The notes beneath the pieces were generated by a model. The model searched no databases. It saw only the letters and a program-made list of their open reading frames with translations, and was not told the origin of the DNA. Made by a program: the position numbers and the translations under genes. From an uncultured Acidimicrobiales bacterium (GTDB lineage: Bacteria > Actinomycetota > Acidimicrobiia > Acidimicrobiales > DATKAS01): a DNA stretch of 64,000 bases. The stretch is taken from contig CAVSDE010000007.1 of the NCBI GenBank assembly GCA_963726695.1, positions 32,466-96,465 on the forward strand. Direction: 5' to 3'. Shown here one piece after another: positions 1-10,597 of the stretch (positions are counted from its first letter, which is position 1; the number at the start of each line of letters is the position of its first letter).

Positions 1-669
1 GGGCTGTTCGTCGGCGGAGTGGGCATCTTCGCCACCTGGCTGCAGCTCACCGACCCGACCGGTTGGTTGCACACGTTGTTCTCGTCGCGGTCACAGGTCA
101 CCGCGGTGTGGGTGCTCGCGTTGGTGGCGACCGGCGCGCGCTGGACGGCGCAGCACACGCTCAGCCGTCACCGCATCCGAGGTCTGTTCCTCGCCTTCGG
201 CCTCGCGTTGCTGCTCGGCCAGCAGGGCTTCCTCGAGGATCCGCTCGGGGTGCTCGGCTTCCTGGGCATCGCGCTGATCGCGATGGGCTTCGTCGCCGAC
301 GCGGCCGCCTACGGGGACTGGGCGAACCAGGACTCGCCCCGCCTCCCCCGGATCAGTCGAGTGCTTCTCTACGTCGGCTACGTGCTGTTCGCGGTGGCAC
401 TCGTGAACTGGTCGCTCGTCACCCACGACCTCGCAAGCGTCCAGGTGTACACCGGAAACGGGGCGCTCGCGGGGTTCGCGGCGCTCGGCCAGCCGCTGAT
501 CTTCCTCGTGTTCCTCGCCGTCATCACGAGCCGGCCCGATCCCGTGCCCGTGGCGCCGGCGGCGCCCCTGCCTCCACTGCCCCCGCTGCCGCCTCCGCCC
601 GGCCTCCCCGGCCGGCCTCCGCCCCCGCCGCGGCCCGCAGGCGTCAGTGCCCCTGCTCCGCTTCCTTGA
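1..669 (+). CDS. polytopic membrane protein with proline-rich C-terminal tail (5-prime end may lie outside the window)
   Basis: ORF 19..669 stays open back to base 1. It has several hydrophobic helices (LFLAFGLALLLG, VLGFLGIALIAMGFV, VLLYVGYVLFAVALV, LIFLVFLAVI), then the tail PLPPLPPLPPPPGLPGRPPPPPRP. Confidence 0.5.
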   Translation, partial: GLFVGGVGIFATWLQLTDPTGWLHTLFSSRSQVTAVWVLALVATGARWTAQHTLSRHRIRGLFLAFGLALLLGQQGFLEDPLGVLGFLGIALIAMGFVADAAAYGDWANQDSPRLPRISRVLLYVGYVLFAVALVNWSLVTHDLASVQVYTGNGALAGFAALGQPLIFLVFLAVITSRPDPVPVAPAAPLPPLPPLPPPPGLPGRPPPPPRPAGVSAPAPLP

Positions 670-1441
670 GCTTGGCCTCGACCGACGACCGCTGTGCGTC
701 CGGGATCGGCTGGGCGAGGATGTCGCGCAGCAGCGTCGCCGCGCCGGCGGCATCGTCGAGCTGAGTCAGCTTCACGTTCGCGAGAAACCACTTCGCGTCG
801 AGGTCGGTCGGGTCGATCTTCAAGCTCTGGTCGAGCAGGTCGGCGCCGCCATGGGGATCGCCGAGCGCGGCCGTCGTCCAGCCCAGGTACTTCAGCGCCT
901 TCTCCCGGTCGGCGTCGGAGGGGTTGTTGTCGAGGGCGAGCTGCGCGTGCTCCTTCGCCTTCTCGAGGTTGCCCTCCTTGAGGTACCGCTCGATCAGTGC
1001 GAGGCGCATCGGGGTGATCGACGGGTTCTGCTTGATGACCGCTTCCATCTCGTCGTCGGTCACGGTCGACAGGTCACGACCGCCGCCGGCGAGGGTCGAG
1101 ACCGTGGACTGCACCGAACCGCTGGCGCCGCGGTCGGAATGGCCGACGACGACGGCCACGATCGCGACGCATGCGACAACGACGATCCCGGCCAACGTCA
1201 GCGTCCTCGTGGTGCGGTCGACCCGGCCAACGCTGAGGACGTCATGCTCAGCCGGCACTGGCTCGGGCTCGAGCGCGGCCACGATCTCGGCTTCGTAGAT
1301 CTTGGTCAGGTGCTCCGCGGTCTCGGCGTCGATCTCACCTGCTTGGCGCTGCCGCTCGACTTCGACGAGGTCTCGCAGCGCCCGGGCTTTCCGCGCATCG
1401 ACGACGCCACGCTCAGCGGACATTGGGCGCTCAGAGCTCAC
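644..1441 (-). CDS. single-pass membrane-anchored TPR-repeat protein, possibly a cytochrome c maturation chaperone (CcmI/CycH-like)
   Basis: 265-aa ORF with one TM helix (LTLAGIVVVACVAIVAVVVG). The C-terminal part is TPR-like (LIERYLKEGNLEKAKEHAQLALDNNPSDADREKALKYLGW...). Its GTG start overlaps the TGA stop of the upstream cytochrome gene (GTGA at 1438-1441). An alternative ATG start lies at 1423. Confidence 0.6.
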   Translation of the reverse strand: MSSERPMSAERGVVDARKARALRDLVEVERQRQAGEIDAETAEHLTKIYEAEIVAALEPEPVPAEHDVLSVGRVDRTTRTLTLAGIVVVACVAIVAVVVGHSDRGASGSVQSTVSTLAGGGRDLSTVTDDEMEAVIKQNPSITPMRLALIERYLKEGNLEKAKEHAQLALDNNPSDADREKALKYLGWTTAALGDPHGGADLLDQSLKIDPTDLDAKWFLANVKLTQLDDAAGAATLLRDILAQPIPDAQRSSVEAKLKEAEQGH

Positions 1442-4347
1442 CGGTCAGAGCGTCGCACAGGCACCGGCTCGGATCGCAGTCGACCCCTGCGACGCAACCA
1501 CAGCCAACCCGCCCCTGCCGCGGCGGCAAACGCGACGCCCAGCGATCCGCCGACCGGCAACCCGGAAGCCGCGCCCGCCTTGTCGGGCGGCAGGCTGCCG
1601 ACGAAGTCGGACGAGCCGAGTGCGCCCTGCTCACCGCCGGGGTCGTTGCCGATGCAGCTGAAGATCGTTGCGCCCTCTTCGTTCTGAGGGCCCTTGCACG
1701 CGAGCACCGTGCCGCCGTCGGTCTGCGCGCTGACGACGTCGGTGATCACCATGTTCTTCAGCAGCGCTTCGGGATCGGTGATCTTGGCCTGTTCGGGGAT
1801 GCGCTCGAGCTTCGCGTTCGCCTCGGCCAGCCCGGTCACGAAGTACGGCGGCAGGCTCCGGAAACGCATCTTCGCGGTGACGACGATCTTGGTGCCCGGT
1901 GGCAGCGACGCAGTGTCGAACACGTAGTCGTAGCTGTCGGACGAGCGATCCTGCAGCGTGCCGTTCGCGTCGGCGACCTCAGCGGATCGGGTCGCAGCGT
2001 ACGCATCACCTGCTGGGTCGCCACCCGGGTGCGCAGCTTGACGATGTCGGGCAGGAACGACTGGTACGGGACCTCGGTCAACGTGCCCGTGTTCTTTGGG
2101 TCGCCGTCGGTGAGGATCTTCTGGAAGTTCGTCAACCACGGGTCGCAGTCGTCGCCGGGAACGCGGCGCTGAACTTGATGTTGATGTCGCCGAGCTTGCC
2201 GGGATCGATCGGCTTCCCGTCCGAGTCGGATCGGCGAGGAGGGCACGCTGGACGCTCCGGGGTCGCATTGCCGCAGCTCGTCCTGGCGGAGACTCGACGA
2301 CGCCCGACGCACACGGCGAGTCGATGCTCGGCCGACGGTCGTTCACGAGGCAGACCTCTTGGCCGTCGGCGGTCTTGGCCGAGACCTCGAGCCAGAACTG
2401 GCGGGCGAAGGCGAACCCGGTCGGGAAGTGTGGCCGAGCAGGTTGTTGCTGCACGACGACGTGCCGTGCACGTCGTGCCGGCGACCGTGTCGCGCCCTTG
2501 TCGACGACCTCGAGGGTGACCGCCGACTGCACCAGCGCCTTGCGCTCGGCGAGCACCCGCTGCAGCGTGTCGGACGGCAGCCCGCGACCGGTGTACGCGC
2601 GACGGGTCGAGGTCGTAGTCGACGCCGACGAACGAGTGCGATCGGTGTGGGCGGTCGGGGTTGGGCAGGATCCCGGGCGCGTGGTCGACGACCGCTGCTG
2701 GTCGCCGTCGCCCTCGGTCGGCATGTGGCACTCGGTGCAGCCGAGCGGGGCGGTCGAGCTGCTGGCGGGTCGTCGTCGGCGATCCGCTCGTCGAAGACGG
2801 CGACGTAGTCCTGCCACTCGTCGAACGTGGTCTGCAGCACGAGGTCGTCGGAGCTGCCGTCGCCGTCGGGTCGTCGAGCTCGTTGGCGTCGAGCTGGAAG
2901 TTGCCGTTGCCGTCGTCGGCTGCGTGAGCCCGGTCGTTGTCGTCGGCGACGGTCGACAGCGCCGTCGCCGTCGATGTCGATCTTCACGTTGTGGCACGCG
3001 CCGCAGAGCTGCGAGCCGTGGCGATCGTCGTTCCACACAGCCGTCGTCGCCGTTGCCGATGCCGTGCACGCGCACCGGGGCAGCGGGTTGGGGTCGGCGA
3101 ACAGCGGGCCGTACTGGACGCCGTAGTTCGTCATCGGGCCTGCGTGGCCGATCGAGCAGCGAGCCGGCGCCCGCCAGCTCGGCGGGCGGCCGCCTGCTGG
3201 GTGTGGCAGACCATGCAGCTGACGCCGTCGGAGTTGCACCGCGTCGCCGCCGCCGCTCACGGCGACACCGCCGTCGGCCGCGCTGGCCGAGTTCTCGGCG
3301 TCGAGCGGCAGGAGGGCGTCGATGTTCTCGACGAACCGGCGCGCCGACCGGGGCGTGGCAGTTGATGCAGGTCTTTGCGGCCGAGTCGAAGAGCGCCTGC
3401 TGCGTGTCGCCGAGCTGGTCGGCCAGCTTCTCGTTCTCGGCCAGCGTGACCGGCAGCTGCGCCTCCATGATCGTGCCTGTCTGGGCGTGGGCCATCGACG
3501 ACAGCTTCCACTCGTGGACGATGTCGTCGTGGCAGTCGGCGCAGGTGTTTGACGCGACGAAGCGGTCTTGTCGCTGCCGAACGCGGCCTGGGTGCCGCCG
3601 AGCACGTCCCAGACGTGCAATGCCAGCACCCGACGAACAGGATCGTGATGATCGGGTGCAGGGCGCGCCACGACTGGAACTGCAGCACCTTCGAGCTCTG
3701 ACCGCCCTCGCGAGGGAAGTTCTTCTCGACCTCGTCGGACATCTTCCGGACCTCGCGCCAGATGATCTGCTCGCCCGAGTCGAGCTTGGCCATCTCGGCC
3801 TCGATCTCGGAGAGCGGCAACGATTTTCGATGAAGTCGTTGACCAGCTCGCGGAAGTGGCGCGGCTGACCCTGCGCCATCTTGGTGATGGCGACGTTGAC
3901 GTTGAGCGCCTCTTTCTGGAGGCCGATCATGTGGTGGCGCGCCACCCCGCCGATCGACACGAGCACGCCGAGCAGGATGAGGATCTCGCCCGAAGTGAGA
4001 TGGGTCTGGAACGGCACGATGGTGGCGTGCACGATCGCCGCGACCAACGCGAGGATCGGCAGGTACATGTGCGAGCGGATCCAGGTCATGGTTCCGCCCG
4101 GCATGATCTTCTTGCCGAACTTGGTGCGCTTCCGGAACGGATACAGCGCGCCCGGGCTGAGGAACAGCAGCGCGGTCAGGATGCCGAACCCGATGACGAC
4201 CGCGAGCATCACGCCGCCGGTCGGGGTCACGCTCCCCTGGATGTAGAAGAGCCCCCCGAACCCGATCGCGAGGATGAGGACCGAACCGAGGACGGCCGCG
4301 ATGTTCCACTTCCGCGACGTGATCTGGAACTTCGGCGGACCAGGCAC
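1438..4347 (-). pseudogene. fusion of a 4-TM His-containing (b-type/DUF4405-like) membrane domain with a multiheme c-type cytochrome; a dozen or more frameshifts
   Basis: N-terminal TM helices carry conserved His (RSHMYLPILALVAAIVHATIV, ARHHMIG). Heme-binding CXXCH motifs are spread over three frames: CADCH, CINCH, CMVCH, CGACH, CTECH. A GH.FPTG-type motif (HFPTGFAFARQFWLEV) is typical of large multiheme cytochromes. Family-like peptide runs alternate between the frames of ORFs 1438..4347, 3257..4363, 2343..3671, 2132..2731 and 1836..2312. Confidence 0.6.
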
Positions 4348-4456
4348 CCGGCGAGCTCCCCAAGGGTCGAGGCTGGTGCGTTGTCTAGCACACGTCGCCG
4401 GAGGGTCGTGCTACGTTCCGACGACAGATGCGGACTCGGCACCCAGGGGAAGCCGC

Positions 4457-5671
4457 GTGACACTGGCGATCGATCTCGACGTCTTCAACGTGGGCTCCAC
4501 ACCGCTGCAGATGCTGCTCGTCGTGGTCATCCTGACCGTGCTGGTCGGACTCGTGATCATGCTCGTCACGCAGATCCTTTCGCCGTACTTGAATCGGCGT
4601 TGGCCGGCGACCGCTCCGCTCAGCCCGACCGAGCTGCTCTGGGGTGAAGCCGGCGGTCACGTCAAGCGCACGTTCCGCGGCCTCGACCTCGAGGAGCAGA
4701 AGGACATCGCGAGCCAGCTCGCCGAGCGCAAGGTTGCCGCCGGCACGGCGATCACCAGCCAAGGCGACCCGGCAACCGCGTTCTACCTGCTCAAGAGCGG
4801 CACCGCCGAAGCAGTCCAGGTCGACTCAGGGGGCGGCGAGCGCAAGCTGCGCGACTACAACGAGGGCGACTCGTTCGGCGAGGTGGCCATCCTCGAACGC
4901 AGTCCGCGCACCGCGACGGTCCGCGCGCTGACCGACTGCGTGGTCCTCGAGCTGCCAGCTGAGGACTTCGTCGCGGCGGCCGCCCAGACCGCGGCCGAGG
5001 GCAACGACTTCACCGCGGTCGCCCGTTCGTTCCTCGCCACTGACCGGGCCCGAGCGCGCATCGCCGCCGGCGAGCCGGCGCTGAACCCCGTGCAGCAGGT
5101 GCAACGAGGGGCGCCGAGCGGGATGCCCTCGCCCGGTCCGGTGCCGGGAAACGCCACCGTCTCGTTCGAGGTCGCGGCTGCCGCGGCCGCCGTCGCGGCC
5201 ACGTCCTCGCGCTCCGAGGCGCCTCCTGCCGCCCCGCCCGTCGTTCCCCCGCCCCCTGCGGCAGCGCCGCCGGCCGCAGCGCCGCGGCCGCAGCGCCCGT
5301 TGGCTGCGCCTCCCGGTGCCGCTCCGCCTCCCGGTGCCGCTCCGCCGGGTGCCCCGGTGATGCCCCGGCCGGCGATCGCGCCCGGCACGAGCGAACGTCC
5401 GGCCCGACGCCCTGCGCCCGCGAACCCCGTGCAGCGCGCGATCCAAGACCGCCAGGTCGCGGCTCCGGGATGGCAGGCGACGCACCGAGTGGGCGCGTCC
5501 GGCGCGCCGGCCCGAGCGTCGGCCGACCCGAACGCCGCGCCGAGCGCGACGTTGCAGCCGGGCACCCTGGTCCGGCTCATCGAACGCTCGGGCGACTGGG
5601 CCCGCGTCGATGCCGACAACGGTTGGAGCGGCTGGGTCGACTCGAGGCACCTCGACCCCGCCGGGCCGTAG
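4457..5671 (+). CDS. membrane-anchored cyclic-nucleotide-binding protein with Pro/Ala-rich linker and C-terminal SH3-like domain
   Basis: In-frame GTG at 4457 precedes a TM helix (LQMLLVVVILTVLVGLVIMLV). The CAP-effector-domain signature is present (FYLLKSGTAEA...GDSFGEVAILERSPRTATVRA). The C-terminus looks like bacterial SH3 (GTLVRLIERSGDWARVDADNGWSGWVDSRHL). Confidence 0.75.
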   Translation: MTLAIDLDVFNVGSTPLQMLLVVVILTVLVGLVIMLVTQILSPYLNRRWPATAPLSPTELLWGEAGGHVKRTFRGLDLEEQKDIASQLAERKVAAGTAITSQGDPATAFYLLKSGTAEAVQVDSGGGERKLRDYNEGDSFGEVAILERSPRTATVRALTDCVVLELPAEDFVAAAAQTAAEGNDFTAVARSFLATDRARARIAAGEPALNPVQQVQRGAPSGMPSPGPVPGNATVSFEVAAAAAAVAATSSRSEAPPAAPPVVPPPPAAAPPAAAPRPQRPLAAPPGAAPPPGAAPPGAPVMPRPAIAPGTSERPARRPAPANPVQRAIQDRQVAAPGWQATHRVGASGAPARASADPNAAPSATLQPGTLVRLIERSGDWARVDADNGWSGWVDSRHLDPAGP

Positions 5672-6575
5672 TTGCGCGTCCGGATCTGGGGGACGCGCGG
5701 GTCGCTTCCGGTGTCGGGTCCCGGTGTGCTCCGCTACGGGGGCAACACACCGTGCCTGTCGATCGAGTGTGGCGACGAACCGCTGCTCGTGCTCGATGCC
5801 GGCACCGGCATCTTCAACCTCGCGAAGTCGCTCGGCCGACCACCTGACTTCCGCTGCACGATCGCGCTCACGCACCTGCACTGGGACCACATGATGGGTC
5901 TCCCGTTCTTCTTCCCCGCCGACCAACCCGACGCCGAGACGCTGGTGCTCGGTCCGGGCGACCGCACGAAGAGCGACGAGGGAGCAGGCGTGCGCGCGAA
6001 CCTCGACTCCGTGCTGCGGCCCCCCGGGTTCCCCATCACCCTCGACGGGCTCGAAGGGCGGTGGCAGTACGAGACGCTCGGTGACGAGACGGTGCGACTC
6101 GGTCGGGTCACCCTGACGACTCGGCACGTGCGCCACCGCGGCCCGACGTTGGGCGTGCGCGTCGAAGCCGATGGTGCGGCGCTCGCCTACATCCCCGACC
6201 ACGGGCCGGGAGCCGAGGGCCGCGGGCCCGAGCAGGACGAGCTCGTGCCCGACGGCGTGCGAGACCTCGTCGACGGTGTCGACCTCCTCGTGCACGACAG
6301 CGCATCAGACGCCGAGCCAGTACGAGCGCTTCCGCCACTTCGGTCACTGCACCCCGGCGTACGCTGCCCGCGTCGCCAAGGCGGGGAAGGTCGGACGGCT
6401 GTTGCTCTTCCACCACGACCCTGGCCGCGACGACGACGGAGTCGACACGATGCTCGACGATGCCCGCCGCGCGGCTGCCGAGCTCGGATATGCCGGGCCG
6501 ATCGATGCCGCGGCCGAGGGCGACACGTACGAGCTGTCAAGGGCCGAACCCCCGACCGAGGAGGTACTGCGGTGA
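5672..6575 (+). CDS. MBL-fold metallo-hydrolase (candidate cyclic-nucleotide phosphodiesterase); one frameshift near 6300
   Basis: N-terminus MRVRIWGTRGSLPVSG...YGGNTPCLSIE and the HxHxDH motif THLHWDH. The C-terminal part (YERFRHFGHCTPAYAARVAKAGKVGRLLLFHHDP) continues in the frame of ORF 6171..6575. The gene starts directly after the stop of the cNMP-binding gene. Confidence 0.7.
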
Positions 6576-9500
6576 GCACTCCCGAAGAGCTGGCCGATCA
6601 GGCCTCCGAAGCGCTCGACGCCGGCGGCCCCGACGCCCACCTGTCGGCGCTGCGTGCGCTCACCGACGCGGTGCGCGAGCAGACCAAGGCGATCGCATCG
6701 CTGGCGGAGCGCTTCGGCACTGGGGGTGGGGGCGACGCCGTGGGGACGCGCGCCGCACCGCCGAAGCGGCTGATGAAGCCGCCGGCGCCGGCGCCTCCCT
6801 CGACGGGCGGCGACATGTGGGCCCGCCTCGGCCTGACCGAAGGTGAGCGACGCCACGTCACCGCGCTCTTCTCCGACGTGTCGGGGTTCACCGCGATGTC
6901 GGAGAAGCTCGACCCCGAAGAGGCGAACACCATCATGAAGGAGACGATGGCCGAGCTCACGGCCATCATCCGCAAGCACGACGGCTACGTCGAGAAGTTC
7001 ATCGGCGATGCGATCTGCGCGATCTTCGGCGCGCCGATCTCCCACGAGGACGAGCCCGAGCGCGCCGCCCGCACGGCGATCGAGATGCACGCCGCGCTCG
7101 ACGCGCATGCCACGCGGCGCCCCGACTTGCCTCCGCTGCTGATGCACATCGGGATCAACACGGGCCTCGTCATCGCCGGCACGGTCGGCGACGGCACCCA
7201 GTTCGGGGTCATGGGCGACACCGTGAACACCGCGGCACGACTCATGGACAAGGCGGTGAAGACGCAGACCTTTGTGTCCGCCGAGACCACGCGGCGCATC
7301 CGCCACCAATTCATGGTGACCGACATGGGCCAGTACCAGATGAAGGGCAAAGATCTGCCCGTGCAGGCGTTCCTGCTCGAGCGCGAGCTCTCCGACGCGG
7401 AAGCGAAGCAGGCCCGCACGCTCATGGCACCGTTGATCGGGCGCGACGAGGAGCTCGCGACCCTGCGTAGCGCGGCAACCCGCACGGCGACCGGGCCGGA
7501 CGGCACGATCGCGCTCATGCTCGGCGATGCCGGCATGGGCAAGACGCGGCTGCTCGACGAGCTCGAGGCCGAGCTCGGTGACGACATGCTGGTGCTGCGA
7601 GGCAGCGGGCACTCGGTCGGCGCGCGGCCGTTCGGCTTGATCTCAGACGTGCTCGAGCCGCTGATCGACCAGATGACGCCGGGCCCCGACAAAGACATCG
7701 CGATGACGGTCCTCACCGGGGGCGAGACGGCGGAGCTGCCCGAGCTCGGCGCGGCGATCGGACGCGGTCTCGCGGCACGCGGCCGCGGCCCGGCCGGTCG
7801 CGATCCTCGTCGACCGGTTCGAATGGGCCGACCAGGCGTCGGTCGACCTCGCCGTCCTGCTCATGCGTCGCGTCGGCACCGCGAGGGTGATGGTCGTGCT
7901 CGCCTCGAGGCCCGGAGCCGGACCGGTCGAGGCGATCGCGCTCGTCGGGCCATCGTGGGTCTCGCGACTGCGCCTCGCGCCACTCTCGAACGAGCGCATC
8001 GCCGAGATGCTGCAAGCACTGCTGCCCGGAGGCGTGTCGCCTGAGCTCGCGATCAGGCTCGCGACCCGCGCCGACGGCAATCCCGCGTTCGCTGAGGAGA
8101 TCGCGCTGTCGCTCGTCGACGAGGGCGTCATCGTGCAGACCGAAGGTGAGTGGACGCTCGTCGGCGATCCGGACAGCGTCGAGATCCCGAGCACCATCCA
8201 GGAGCTGATCGAGGCACGCATCGACGCGCTCCCCGATGCGTCCCGCCTCGTGCTGCAGGAAGCATCCGTGATCGGCAACACGTTCACCGCCGATCTCCTG
8301 AGTGCGACGGCCACGAACCCCGAGTCAGTGCCCGGCGCCCTGGCGGAGCTCGCCGTGGCCGAGCTGCTGAGAGCGCCATCGGACCTCGACGACGACGACC
8401 TCGAGTACGGGTTCAAGAGCCCGGTCGTGCGGGAGGTGGCCTACGAGAGCATCCTCCACCGCCGCCGACCCGCGTACCACCTCCGGGTCGCCAACGCCCT
8501 GATCGCGCAGCAGAGCGACAAGGAGGGACTCGTCGAGCTGCTCGCGCATCACTTCCTCTACGCCGACGACCCCGAGAACGGCGTGAAGTACCTCGATCTC
8601 GCGGCGATCCACGCCCAGGCAGCGGGCGCGCACCGCACCGCCGAGCAGATGCTGACGCGAGCTCTACGCTCGCGGCGCGTCACCCCGGCACGATCGCCGA
8701 CGACATCCTCGGCGACCTGCACGAGCGACGCGGGTACTCACGGATGGTGCTCGACGATCGTGAGGGTGCGGTCGAGGACCTGACCGCGGCGTCCGACGCC
8801 CACGCTGCCGCGCAGCGCAACGCGGAGCGCATCGAGATCGACGAGCGCCTCGCATGGTTCCTCGTCTTGTCACACCGCATCGACGAGGGCGCGGCGCACG
8901 CCGACCGCATCCGCGCCGATGCCGAAGCCGCGGGACTCACCGACATCCTCGTGCGGGTCGACGCGGTGCGCAGCCTGGTGCGCGCACTCCAAGGCGACCT
9001 CCCCGCCGCGATCGAGCTCGCGACCGAGGTCACCGAACGCGCCGAGGCGAGCGACGACGCACACGCGAAGGCAAAGGCCGCCATCGTCATGGGTGGGTTG
9101 CGACGGTGGCAGGGAGACCTCGCCGGCGCCCGCACGCTGCTCGAGCCCACGACCGAAGCGACACGCGGGCTGACCTTCCCGGTCTTGTCGGGCCTCGCGA
9201 GCCGATGGCTGTTGCTGACGCTCGTCGATGCAGGCGACTGGCAAGCCGTCGAGCATCTCGCCGGAGCGCTGCTCGTCCGCGGCGACGAAGCGGGTGACAT
9301 CCACACCGCGGCAACTGCCCATCACTCGATGGGTGTGATGGCACACGAGCTCGGCGACCTCGCTCGTGCGGAGAAGTCCGGGGAGACCGCGCTCGCGCTC
9401 GCCACCCAAGGACGAGTTCGCGCCGCCGAGCGCGTCACGATGGTGTTGAGCCTCGCTGCCAACGCGGGTCGGCGCGGCGACTACGCCGTGGCCGAGAGCC

Positions 9501-9964
9501 GGCTGCAGCAGGCCGCCTCACTCATCTCGGAAGACCCCTGGCTGAACTGGCGCCTCCAAGCTCTGCTCTGCCTGGCGCAGGGACGTCTGGCGCTCGCGCA
9601 GGGGAACAACGACGCTGCCCTCGCGGCAGCAGCCCGAGCCGCGCGAGCCTCGGCGACGCGGAAGCTTCGGATCGAACGGGCCCGGGCGGCCCTGCTCGAG
9701 GCCGAGGCGTCAGCCGCCGCGGGGCAACCCGAGGCCCCAGAGAAGCTGCTCGGCGCGCTCGGGTTGGCCCACGCGATCGACAACCCCATGCTGCTCGCAG
9801 ATGTCGCTCTCGCTGCAGCGCGACTCGCTCCCGGAGCGGCACCGGATGCACATGCGCTCGCGGAAGGCGCGCTCGCGCGCATCCAGGAGCTCGTGCCGCC
9901 CGACTGGAAAGACGAGTTCGCGGCAAGCCCGCACGTCGTCGCGCTGAGCGAGCTGACCACCTGA
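6572..9964 (+). CDS. class III adenylate/guanylate cyclase fused to an AAA/STAND-type ATPase and TPR-like C-terminal region; frameshifts near 7785 and 8665
   Basis: Cyclase motifs: RHVTALFSDVSGFT, KFIGDAICAIFG, GINTGLVIAGTVGDG, GVMGDTVNTAARL. P-loop: MLGDAGMGKTRLLDEL. A long helical-repeat tail follows. GTG 6572 overlaps the MBL gene stop (GTGA). The protein continues through the frames of ORFs 7863..8783 and 8150..9964. Confidence 0.8.
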
Positions 9965-9978
9965 CCCGCTCGCGGGTC
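9963..9978 (+). terminator. short GC hairpin directly after the cyclase stop codon (weak candidate terminator)
   Basis: gacccgc-tc-gcgggtc is a 7-bp inverted repeat. There is no T-tract and the loop is very tight. Confidence 0.2.
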
Positions 9979-10042
9979 GCGCTCGCCGTTCGCGCTTGCT
10001 GGCTAGTGTGCGCAGACTGCCGACGCTGAGGGGGTTCACGAC

Positions 10043-10597
10043 GTGAGGCTCATGGTCATCTCTGCGATGAGTCGAGACACCTCGACCACGCACATCCTGG
10101 CCAAGCGGGTCGTCGAGATCTGCTCGATCCGAGGGGTCGAGGTCGACTTCGTGACGCCGGCCGATGTGAACGTCCCCGTGAACGACGGCACTGTCCCGTT
10201 CGACCTCCCCGAGGCCGTGGCGTGGCAGCAGCGTGTCGCCGAGACCGACGCGTACATCTGGATCTCCCCCGAGTACCACAGCGCGCCTGCCGCCAGCATC
10301 AAGAACCTCTTCGACTACCTGACCAAGGAGCCGATGAAGGGCGACGTCGTCGGGCTGTGCGCCTTGGCCGGCGGCGCCATGGCGGCCCTGAACACGCTCA
10401 ACACGATGACGACGATCGCGCGATCGCTCGGCGCGTGGGTGGCGCCCGACTACTCCGCGCTCAACTCGAACGAGGTCAAGGAGGGTCTGACCGAAGGCAC
10501 GGCTCGCCGCCTCGAGGCGATGTGCCTCGAAGTGATCGACGCCGCCCGGCGCCTCCACGCCACGGACGCCGATCCGAACCACCTTCCCTTGCAGTGA
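10043..10597 (+). CDS. NAD(P)H-dependent FMN reductase family protein
   Basis: 184 aa. The flavodoxin-like pattern MRLMVISAMSRDTSTT...DAYIWISPEYHSAPAASIKNLFDYL is typical of NADPH-dependent FMN reductases. Confidence 0.7.
   Translation: MRLMVISAMSRDTSTTHILAKRVVEICSIRGVEVDFVTPADVNVPVNDGTVPFDLPEAVAWQQRVAETDAYIWISPEYHSAPAASIKNLFDYLTKEPMKGDVVGLCALAGGAMAALNTLNTMTTIARSLGAWVAPDYSALNSNEVKEGLTEGTARRLEAMCLEVIDAARRLHATDADPNHLPLQ

Noticed and set aside
63-791. Overlapping long ORFs in other frames and on the opposite strand of real genes. Examples: 63..764, 91..753, 378..791, 4826..6295, 10450..12960, 15936..17807, 27329..29638, 49553..50206 and 54834..56528.
   Set aside because: Their translations are dominated by Arg/Pro/Gly/Ala runs with no recognisable motifs. 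That is the usual shadow-ORF effect of very high GC content. In every case another frame at the same place gives a family-typical protein.
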